In this document: in pieces, positions 31,519 through 39,100 of the stretch
Layout of the letters: every line of letters begins with the position of its first letter
Numbering within the stretch: the first letter of the stretch is position 1
From: Chthoniobacteraceae bacterium
GTDB taxonomy: Bacteria; Verrucomicrobiota; Verrucomicrobiia; Chthoniobacterales; Chthoniobacteraceae
DNA: 58,239 nt
NCBI GenBank assembly: GCA_031409335.1
Contig: JANNWY010000136.1
Location: 1 to 58,239, forward strand
Direction: 5' to 3'
Position numbers and translations under genes: made by a program
Notes under the pieces: generated by a model
Database searches by the model: none
Told to the model about the DNA's origin: nothing
The model's input: only the letters and a program-made list of their open reading frames with translations

Positions 31519-31782
31519 CTACCGTTTTACCTGAAGGAGAACTTCCAGAATCCGCGTGTTTCCGTTCTCTTCGGCGATTGGAATCACGATCTTGCCGTTG
31601 AACGTGACGCTCGTATCGGCTCCCGCAGCCAGCAGTGCTTGGTGGCTTCCGCACAGCCGTCTTTTAGCAATGCGTTCACCAATGCAGCGCGGTCTTTTCC
31701 TCCCACTGATCCAGGTCCGGGTCGTGCGTGTGCAACAGTTCAGGGCTGTCATCCACTGCGGCGCGGACCTTGTCGAGAGCAC
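31519..31782 (-). pseudogene. Degraded ankyrin-repeat-like gene fragment
   Basis: C-terminal ALLAAGAD......IAEENGNTRILEVLL resembles an ankyrin repeat; the upstream part is not coherent in one frame. Confidence 0.45.
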
Positions 31783-31935
31783 CCGACCGAATGAGCCGTT
31801 TGAGTTCGCCTAAGTTCATTTGAGTTTCTCGATGAGTAGTCCACCCCGACCATCAGGTCGAGCGATCCGATGCGAGTCTCAAGCCGATCCTCTTTCTTTA
31901 CGGCAATCTCCGCCGGATTACCCTTGCGTTCCGGT

Positions 31936-32220
31936 TTATTTGTAAACGTCGCCGCGCGGTCCGATGAGCAGGACATCCAGCGTGCCATCGGCGGCTTCGG
32001 GCAGTTCGGGCGGGACCACGCGGAGGATGGCTCGATAGGAGCCGACGCGGAGGCGATGACAGCCGACCCAGTCGCCGCTCATCGGGCGCACGTTGGGCGA
32101 ACTGGCCAGATCGGGGAGCGCAGCCACGGCTTGCAGGGCAGCACGCATCTGCGCCTGCCGATCACCGGGCATCCGTTGGAAGTAGCGTTTGGCGTGACGG
32201 TGGAGGACAATGCGCCTCAC
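31936..32220 (-). CDS. RelE/ParE-family toxin
   Basis: HRLRVGSYRAI...IGPRGDVYK; GTGA overlap with the upstream antitoxin. Confidence 0.85.
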   Translation of the reverse strand: MRRIVLHRHAKRYFQRMPGDRQAQMRAALQAVAALPDLASSPNVRPMSGDWVGCHRLRVGSYRAILRVVPPELPEAADGTLDVLLIGPRGDVYK

Positions 32221-32417
32221 AGTTCGTCGAGCGCGGTGAACGCCTCGCGCCGCCGGGCGCGGGAGTCATCCAAGGCTTCGCGCAACTCGGCCTGCGCGGT
32301 TGCGTCGAAGTCAAGGCCGAGCGCTTCGTTCAGTTCGCAAAACTGAGCCCACGGGATGATGACTTCCTGCGGTTCACCGTGCTCGTCGATGACGATTTTC
32401 TTTTGGATGGCAGTCAT
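32217..32417 (-). CDS. Cognate antitoxin
   Basis: 66-aa acidic protein, KIVIDEHGEPQEVIIPW motif, directly upstream of the toxin. Confidence 0.75.
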   Translation of the reverse strand: MTAIQKKIVIDEHGEPQEVIIPWAQFCELNEALGLDFDATAQAELREALDDSRARRREAFTALDEL

Positions 32418-32506
32418 GGGGGAGACGGTATCCCGCAGTCTGCCGCGCGCTACAGCGAAATGCTGGAACCGATCCCTTTCTGTGACCCCAAATTGGAAAC
32501 GTCGCC

Positions 32507-32797
32507 ATGACTAAGCATTACATTTTGCTCGCTCGGTTAATTCCCGTGCTAATTGCATCGATTCTCAACGCTTGCAGCCAACGCAATGCGAACCAGCCAA
32601 CAGAGCCTTCCACTCGTCCACCAAACGGGTCTGCAACGAATGGGGCACCTAAATTTGGAGTCTTGAAGGCAATCCCAGGAAAGTCTGGACTCTACTATCC
32701 AGCTTCGGAAATGGGCGGCACTTGGGATTTGCGAGGCGTTCCATCGGGCACCGTCATTCGTTCTCCACAAAGCGGTAAGCTCTATCGGGTGCCGTAA
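32507..32797 (+). CDS. Small putative lipoprotein
   Basis: LNAC lipobox-like motif; C-terminal PGKSG...DLRGVPSGT.I.SP.SGKLYRVP module; lower GC. Confidence 0.65.
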   Translation: MTKHYILLARLIPVLIASILNACSQRNANQPTEPSTRPPNGSATNGAPKFGVLKAIPGKSGLYYPASEMGGTWDLRGVPSGTVIRSPQSGKLYRVP

Positions 32798-32933
32798 CGC
32801 GCTCATCGCGGCGTGGAGAGGACGGAGTCGCTGTTTGAATCTCGCTCGCCTAGGAAATCAGCTACTGCAATGAAGCATCTCGGCGCGGAAACGTGGAAAT
32901 CTCAATCGGCTTCGCACGGTTCACAGCGTTCGA

Positions 32934-32999
32934 TGCTGCGCGAACTGGAACTGCGCGGAAGGCGCTCCGAAAGTTGCCGAAAAGCTGCTCGCGGAGTAG
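32934..32999 (+). repeat. Degenerate direct repeat of the TlpA 3' end (31422-31489)
   Basis: Exact 21-mer gaaaagctgctcgcggagtag at 31469-31489 and 32979-32999, plus shared tgctgcgcgaa and ctgcgcgg blocks upstream. Confidence 0.85.
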
Positions 33000-33053
33000 T
33001 TCGAGCTTCCGCTTGCGCGCCTGCGGGTCGCTCGCGACAGTCCGCGCCGCTCA

Positions 33054-34994
33054 ATGCTTACCGTTTCATCAGTCTCCAAATCTTTCGCCGGTCGCACGCT
33101 TTTCGAGGACGCTTCGCTGCAGGTCAATCGCGGCGACCGCATTGGTCTCGTCGGCCCGAATGGCGCGGGGAAATCCACGCTTTTTTCGCTGCTGCTTGGC
33201 GATGCGACGCCGGATGAAGGACGCGTTTCGGTCGAGCGTTCGGCGAAGATCGGCTTTCTCCCGCAGGAAAGCGCGCCTGCCGGGGATGAGACGGTGCTGG
33301 AACTCGCGTGCTCCGTTTCGCCCGAGATGGCGAAGGCGATCCGCACGATCAAGACGACGCCGGACGATTCGCACGAGCATCACGACGCGCTCGCGACGTT
33401 CGATGAACTCGGTGGCTGGCAGCTTGAGCCAAAGGCGAAGCGCATCCTCGCGGGGCTGGCGTTTCGCGAGAGTGATTTCGACCGGCAGGCGCGGACGATG
33501 AGCGGCGGCTGGATCATGCGCGCACATCTCGCGCGGCTGCTCACGATGGAGCCGGATTTGCTCCTGCTCGATGAGCCGACAAACCATCTCGATCTCGAAT
33601 CACTCGTCTGGTTTCAGGAATATCTGAAGGCGTATCCCGGCGCGATTTTGATGATTTCGCATGACCGCGAATTCCTGAATCAGCTCGTCGGCAGCATCGT
33701 CGAAATCGCGCACAAGCGGCTGAATCGCTACCGTGGCAATTGGGACAAGTACGTGATCGAAAAAGCCGCGCGCGAGGAGCAGCAGCTTTCCGCCTTCAAA
33801 AATCAGCAGAAGGAAATCGCGTCGCTCCAGCTTTTCGCCGATCGCTTCCGCGCCAAGGCCAGCAAGGCTTCGCAGGCGCAGAGCAAGTTGAAGCAGATCG
33901 ACCGCATGGAGAAAATCGAGGCGCCGCTTTCCCAGGAAAAGTCGGTCCACATGCGGATGCCGCAGCCCGCGCGGAGCGGCTCGCGCGTCATCACGTTGAA
34001 GGGCGTGGATTTTGCCTACGGCGAGATGGCGGTGTATCGCGGGCTCGAATTTGAAGCGGAGCGCGGCCAGCGCACCGTGCTCGTCGGCCCGAACGGCGCG
34101 GGCAAGTCCACACTCATCAAATTGCTCGGCGGCGCACTGCCCATCCAGAGCGGCGCGCGCGAGGTCGGCTACAACGTGAAGGTCGGCTACTTCTCCCAGC
34201 ACCGCATGGAGACGCTAAACGCGAAACACACCGTGCTCGAAGCCGTGATGGACATGCCGAATCCCGTCGGCGAACAGCAGGCGCGCACGGTCCTCGGCAG
34301 CTTCCTCTTTCGCGGCGACGATGTTTTCAAACACGTCGCCATCCTCAGCGGTGGAGAAAAGACGCGGCTCGCGCTGGTGAAGCTGCTGCTCGATCCGCCG
34401 AATCTGCTGCTGATGGACGAGCCGACGACGCATCTCGACGTTGGCTCGATCGACGCGCTGATCGGCGCGCTCCAGCAGTACGAAGGCACGCTCATCTTCA
34501 TCAGCCACGACGTGCATTTCATCCGCGCGATGGCGAAAACCGTGCTGCACATCAGCGCCGGAAAACTCACGCCCTACGCTGGCGACTATCAGTATTACCT
34601 CGATAAATCGAAGGCCACCTCCGCCCGTGCCGCGCTGACTGCTGGCGAAAAATTGCACAACTTGCAACCAGTTGCAGCGCCAGTAGCTGCGGCCAAGCCC
34701 GTGCTCGGCATGAAGGAAATGAAGGAGCTTCGCCGCGCCGAAGCCGAGGAGCGGAAAGCCATCGCGAAAGTGAAACGCGACACGGAAAAGCGCGTCACCG
34801 ATCTGGAAATGCAAATCGCGACTCTGGAAGGTCGGCAGCGCGATCTCACTGCCCAACTCGAAGACCCCGCCGCCTACGAAGCCGGGGGAAACGCCGTCGC
34901 GATCAACCGCGAACTCGGCTCCGTCGCCAAAGACCTTGCGCGCCTGAACGAAGATTGGGCCAACGCCACCGCGGAACTCGAAACCGACGCGTGA
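33054..34994 (+). CDS. ABC-F family ATP-binding protein (YheS/Uup-like)
   Basis: Two GPNGAGKST Walker A motifs, MSGGW/LSGGE signatures, LLDEPTNHLD, no TM segments, C-terminal coiled coil. Confidence 0.93.
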   Translation: MLTVSSVSKSFAGRTLFEDASLQVNRGDRIGLVGPNGAGKSTLFSLLLGDATPDEGRVSVERSAKIGFLPQESAPAGDETVLELACSVSPEMAKAIRTIKTTPDDSHEHHDALATFDELGGWQLEPKAKRILAGLAFRESDFDRQARTMSGGWIMRAHLARLLTMEPDLLLLDEPTNHLDLESLVWFQEYLKAYPGAILMISHDREFLNQLVGSIVEIAHKRLNRYRGNWDKYVIEKAAREEQQLSAFKNQQKEIASLQLFADRFRAKASKASQAQSKLKQIDRMEKIEAPLSQEKSVHMRMPQPARSGSRVITLKGVDFAYGEMAVYRGLEFEAERGQRTVLVGPNGAGKSTLIKLLGGALPIQSGAREVGYNVKVGYFSQHRMETLNAKHTVLEAVMDMPNPVGEQQARTVLGSFLFRGDDVFKHVAILSGGEKTRLALVKLLLDPPNLLLMDEPTTHLDVGSIDALIGALQQYEGTLIFISHDVHFIRAMAKTVLHISAGKLTPYAGDYQYYLDKSKATSARAALTAGEKLHNLQPVAAPVAAAKPVLGMKEMKELRRAEAEERKAIAKVKRDTEKRVTDLEMQIATLEGRQRDLTAQLEDPAAYEAGGNAVAINRELGSVAKDLARLNEDWANATAELETDA

Positions 34995-35070
34995 GTGTGG
35001 TGGCTTGAAGAGCTTGCTGCGGAGCGGACTTGGCTTGGCGAAGTCGTCGCGAAGTGAGTAGGCTGGCCGC

Positions 35071-35289
35071 ATGAAGACCCTCAATCCAAAGGCCGAATAC
35101 ATCGTGAAGAACGGCAAGCCCACCGCGGTCATCATGCCAATCGCCGAATATGAGGAACTCCTGGAGGATTTGCACGACCTTGAGGTGATCGCCCGTCGCA
35201 AGGACGAACCGACGATCCCGCTCGCCGAGGTGAAGTTGCCGCGGAAACTCGCCCTGCGAAGGCTTTCCATTGCATCAGCCGTGCGCTAG
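35071..35289 (+). CDS. Orphan Phd/YefM-like antitoxin
   Basis: YIVKNGKPTAVIMPIAEYEELLEDL.D motif; no RelE-type toxin follows. Confidence 0.65.
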   Translation: MKTLNPKAEYIVKNGKPTAVIMPIAEYEELLEDLHDLEVIARRKDEPTIPLAEVKLPRKLALRRLSIASAVR

Positions 35290-35298
35290 AACAAAATC

Positions 35299-35619
35299 GT
35301 GAAAGCTCTCGACGCCAATCTTCTTCAGTCAGCCACGCAAAGGCTGGTGGCGGAATTTCAGCCGGAGCAAATCTGGCTCTTCGGTTCGCACGCTTGGGGC
35401 ACGCCCACCGAAGATAGCGATGTGGATTTCATGGTCGTCGTGGGCGAAAGCGATGAGCCTTCCATCCGCCGTTCACAGCGGGCTCATCGTTGTCTGAGCG
35501 GATTGCGCATGTCCAAGGACGTGATCGTTCCAACGCGCGCCCAAGTCGATCGCTACAAACACCTGCGCGCCTCGTTATTTCACCAAGTTCTCCACAAGGG
35601 ACGGAAACTCTATGGATGA
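35299..35619 (+). CDS. Minimal nucleotidyltransferase (MNT)
   Basis: IWLFGSHAWG....DSDVDF motif. Confidence 0.88.
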   Translation: MKALDANLLQSATQRLVAEFQPEQIWLFGSHAWGTPTEDSDVDFMVVVGESDEPSIRRSQRAHRCLSGLRMSKDVIVPTRAQVDRYKHLRASLFHQVLHKGRKLYG

Positions 35620-36049
35620 GTTCGCCTTGGAACTCGTTCGCGACTGGATGACGAGGGCGAGCCACGATCTTCGATCTGCGCGCCTCCTCTCGGCGGCGGA
35701 CGAACCACCCTTGGACATCGCCATTTACCACTGCCAGCAGGCGGCAGAGAAATCCATCAAGGCGTGGTTGCAGGGGCAGGACGAGCCGTTTCGCAAAACA
35801 CACGATGTTGCTGACTTGGTGAAGCAAGCATCCGAGTTGAATCCGAACTTCGCACAACTCGATACCGCGGCAGCCGTCATCACGCCCTACGCTACAGCCT
35901 TTCGCTACCCCGGTGGCACCTACGAACCCATGCCGACCCGCGAAGAGTTCGACGATGCCCTGCAACACGCTCAAATCATTTATGAGTTCGTAATAAACCT
36001 GCTCCCGGAAAAGGCGCGACCACGAAGAGACTGCCATAGGGAAACATGA
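35612..36049 (+). CDS. HEPN domain protein (MNT-HEPN pair)
   Basis: A..DL.SA..L, YHCQQAAEKSIKA, KTHD, RYP; overlaps the MNT gene. Confidence 0.88.
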   Translation: MDEFALELVRDWMTRASHDLRSARLLSAADEPPLDIAIYHCQQAAEKSIKAWLQGQDEPFRKTHDVADLVKQASELNPNFAQLDTAAAVITPYATAFRYPGGTYEPMPTREEFDDALQHAQIIYEFVINLLPEKARPRRDCHRET

Positions 36050-36282
36050 AACCCATCGCCCCACTTCTCGCGGTCCTCCCATTCGCCGTCATCGTCACCG
36101 GCTGCGAAACCACCCGCAAAGAGAGTTGCTGCGGAAGCTCGCGCTGCGCGGACTCGCGCCCCCGGCAGGACCACCGGACCGTTGCCGAAAAGGTCGGCAC
36201 CGGCCTTTTCTGGCTGGGCCAGTCGGCGCTCCACACCGCCGCGAACGACGCTGCGCAGACCGAAGCGCCATTTCCGCACTGA
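36046..36282 (+). CDS. Small putative lipoprotein or gene remnant
   Basis: MKPIAPLLAVLPFAVIVTGC lipobox; ATGA overlap with the HEPN gene. Confidence 0.45.
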   Translation: MKPIAPLLAVLPFAVIVTGCETTRKESCCGSSRCADSRPRQDHRTVAEKVGTGLFWLGQSALHTAANDAAQTEAPFPH

Positions 36283-36388
36283 CGGGCACCCTTCCTATGA
36301 ATTAGATAGCAAGGAGGCTAAAGAATGAGCAACACTTACCGCCTAACTTTTGATCTCCGCATCGGCGTTCTTTCCACAAATACAAGAT

Positions 36389-36652
36389 ATGGCGCGATGG
36401 CCTGACCCTTTCACTCGAAAATTACTAAGGCATTCTTTAATCAATTTGTTGTTGGTAGTTACTTTACTCGCGGTTGCAATCGGACTTGACCTGTTGGAGC
36501 ATTGGGGAAAGGAAAAGCATCTATCGACATGGTTGCTCGATGGCATCGCGCTTCTTGCAAAGGTCTTGTTCTGGATGGACGCTTCATTCGTCTGTTGTGT
36601 TGCCACACTCGGAGCATTACACTTGATCCGTGAGGCATGGTCAAAAATCTAA
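36389..36652 (+). CDS. Small two-TM hypothetical protein (low GC)
   Basis: Two hydrophobic helices; directly upstream of the sugar transferase. Confidence 0.5.
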   Translation: MARWPDPFTRKLLRHSLINLLLVVTLLAVAIGLDLLEHWGKEKHLSTWLLDGIALLAKVLFWMDASFVCCVATLGALHLIREAWSKI

Positions 36653-36667
36653 CTGCACGCGGAAAAA

Positions 36668-37477
36668 ATGAACGAACAGGAATTTTCCCCAACAACGCCA
36701 ATTCTCATGAAAGCTCATGTCATTTGGGCGTGGTGCTCATTTGTTGCGCTTATATTGGCGGTATTGGTAACGATTGCCGGAAAGACCCCAGAGTGGGCGA
36801 CCGCAATTCCAATTGCATCGGGAATCATTACAGCCTTCGTAATTGATGCTAAAACTCGCCGCTATCTTCGCACGTCGGCTGAGGGTGGCGGGACTCGAAG
36901 GGTCTTCAACCCGTGGGTATCTCTGGGAAAACGAATACTTGATCTTGCAGTTGCTTTGCCTGTGGTAGTCTTGATCCTTCCGCTGCTCGCTTTTGCAGTC
37001 TGGTTGATCCAGCGTTTTCAATCGCCCGGTCCCCTTTTCCATCCCCAACGTCGCTGTGATATTTACAACCGTGGCTTTATAGTGCTTAAGTTTCGCACGA
37101 TGCATTGTGTTAGTGGCGAAACCACTTGCACCGATCCGCGTGTCTTTCCCGCTGGGCGTTGGTTACGCCGAACTAGCCTTGATGAGTTACCCCAGTTTAT
37201 TCATGTCTTGAGTGGAGAAATGTCTGTAGTCGGGCCGAGACCGCACGTGGCCGAATTGAATGCTATTTTTGCTGACATTGCTGAGTTTCGCCACAATCGT
37301 AATTTCGTGAAGCCTGGTATTACTGGGCTAGCTCGCATCCAAGGAATGCGCGGTGAGATCATTGATCTTACTCAAGAGATTCGTGCTGACATTGATTATG
37401 TTCAGAAACGCTCCTTATCGCTTGATTGCCGCATCATTGTGGAAACTTTTCGAGTATGGTGGCGATTTACTTGGTGA
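36668..37477 (+). CDS. Bacterial sugar transferase (polyprenyl phosphoglycosyl transferase domain)
   Basis: KRILDL, KFRTM, DPRVFPAGRWLRRTSLDELPQF..VL.GEMSVVGPRP, VKPGITGLA. Confidence 0.88.
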   Translation: MNEQEFSPTTPILMKAHVIWAWCSFVALILAVLVTIAGKTPEWATAIPIASGIITAFVIDAKTRRYLRTSAEGGGTRRVFNPWVSLGKRILDLAVALPVVVLILPLLAFAVWLIQRFQSPGPLFHPQRRCDIYNRGFIVLKFRTMHCVSGETTCTDPRVFPAGRWLRRTSLDELPQFIHVLSGEMSVVGPRPHVAELNAIFADIAEFRHNRNFVKPGITGLARIQGMRGEIIDLTQEIRADIDYVQKRSLSLDCRIIVETFRVWWRFTW

Positions 37478-37625
37478 TTGGGGGGAGCGAACCGGGGTCG
37501 GTTCCAGAATTTCGATCTACTCCACGGACAGGTTTCGCGAATGCCATACCTGTTTCCGTCAACATGCAATCCATGATCCAGAGGACCGTTCTTGTCGTCG
37601 CGGATTCCGCGGCTATCCTCACTGC

Positions 37626-37850
37626 ATGGCACACACCATCCAACTCCGGCTCCAAGCCCCCGGCGACCTCGGCAAGTTTCGTCTCCCGGCGGGAGTGCAG
37701 CGACGGCTGAATGAACTGCGCGACCGTCAGGATCAGGGCAAGCCTCTCACCGCTGCGGAGCGACGCGAGGCGGAGGGTCTGGTGGAAGTGTCCGAAATGC
37801 TCTCGCTGCTGAAACTCCGGGCATCAGGCGCGCGGGCCGCCGCGGCATGA
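37626..37850 (+). CDS. Small protein, putative antitoxin partner of the HNH gene
   Basis: 74 aa helical (RLNELRDRQ..G.PLT..ERREAEGL); ATGA overlap with the HNH gene. Confidence 0.65.
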   Translation: MAHTIQLRLQAPGDLGKFRLPAGVQRRLNELRDRQDQGKPLTAAERREAEGLVEVSEMLSLLKLRASGARAAAA

Positions 37851-38269
37851 ATGTGCCGCTTCCGCTGAAACGCGCGGTGTTTCAGCGGGCGGACGGGCGC
37901 TGCGAATACTGTGGACTTTCCCAAGCCGGGCAGGAGGCGCAGTTTCATGTGGATCACATCCACCCCCTCACCGATGGCGGCGCGACGACACTCGAAAATC
38001 TCGCCCTCGCCTGCGTGTCATGCTCCCTCCGAAAAGGTGCGCGCCGGACGGCACCCGACCCGTTGACTGGAAAACCCGCTCGCGTCTTCCACCCGCGCAA
38101 CCAAATCTGGTCCGATCACTTTCAGTGGAAAGGCTGTCGTGTCATGGGGCGCACTCCCACGGGCCGGGCGACTGCGGATGGACTGAAAATGAACCGACTT
38201 CTGGCGCAGGCCATCCGGGCCGAGGAATCGCGGCTGGGCAGGCACCCGCCGACCGGGCATTCAGGTTGA
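37847..38269 (+). CDS. HNH endonuclease
   Basis: RA.GRCEYC...FHVDHIHP...GG.T.LENLALACVSC; F.PR...W.DHF.W; TPTGRAT. Confidence 0.88.
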   Translation: MNVPLPLKRAVFQRADGRCEYCGLSQAGQEAQFHVDHIHPLTDGGATTLENLALACVSCSLRKGARRTAPDPLTGKPARVFHPRNQIWSDHFQWKGCRVMGRTPTGRATADGLKMNRLLAQAIRAEESRLGRHPPTGHSG

Positions 38270-38360
38270 GTGGAGCGGAGGCGGAGGGAGGCGAGGTCCG
38301 CGAATCGTGGATTCGTGGCGTAAGTCGGACTCCGTATTGCCTGTCCGCACCAGAAACGAC

Positions 38361-38774
38361 GTGCGAGAATGCACGGCCAATTATATCGCCATCGCAGTCA
38401 CCATCGTCCTGTTGCTCTCGGGTTGCGCGTCGCGCAGGAAGATCAGTTCGGCGTCGTGTTTCGGCTGGGAAGGTTCACCGGCGTGCGTGGGCCGGGGTTG
38501 TTCTGGATTATTCCGCTCGGGATCGAGCGCTGGGTGAATATCGACATCCGCATTTCCACCGCGTCCGCCGAGCAGCAGGAGACGATCGCGCGCGACAGCG
38601 TGACGATCAAAGTGAACGCGGTGCTTTGGTATAAGATCGTGGACCCGGCGAAGTCGGTGATCGCGGTGAACAATGCGGCGCAGGCGGTGTATCAACTCGC
38701 GCTAACTAGTCTGCGCAACATCATCGGGCAGCACGATCTCGACGAGGTGCTCCAGCAGCGCGACAAGATCAAAA
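38361..38774 (+). pseudogene. Frameshifted, 3'-truncated SPFH/slipin (stomatin-like) gene
   Basis: The TM segment YIAIAVTIVLLLSG is in a different frame from LRVAQE..GVVFRLGRF...GPGLFWIIP...LRNIIGQHDLDEVLQQRDKI. The gene is cut where the ABC-F repeat starts. Confidence 0.8.
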
Positions 38775-38984
38775 CGCGTCACTGATCTGGAAATGCAAAT
38801 CGCGACTCTGGAAGGTCGGCAGCGTGATCTCACTGCCCAACTCGAAGACCCCGCCGCATACGAGCCCGGGGGCAAAGCCATCGCGATCAATCGCGAACTC
38901 GGCTCCGTCGCCACCGATCTCGCGCGGCTCAATGAAGAGTGGGCGAATGCCACTGCGGAATCGGAATCATCGGGCGACGCATAG
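38775..38984 (+). repeat. Second, diverged copy of the ABC-F 3' end (34791-34994)
   Basis: Starts cgcgtcac(t/c)gatctggaaatgcaaatcgcgactctggaaggtcggcagcg; encodes MQIATLEGRQRDLTAQLEDPAAYE...NATAE as in ABC-F. Confidence 0.95.
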
Positions 38985-39100
38985 ACAACGCCATTTCCCC
39001 TTGGTCGATGGATGCCTCGACCGCCATCGCACCGTAAGTTTTTTGGCTTTTCCCGGTTCGCTGCTACCGTTCACGTGGTTTCCTGCTCCCCCCAAAAAAA

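Noticed and set aside
37526..37561. Hairpin acggacaggt...acctgtttccgt as a riboswitch
   Set aside because: No match to a riboswitch consensus that I recognise; probably a simple stem-loop.
34791..38984. Diversity-generating retroelement template/variable repeat pair
   Set aside because: Mismatches are not adenine-specific and there is no reverse transcriptase in the window.
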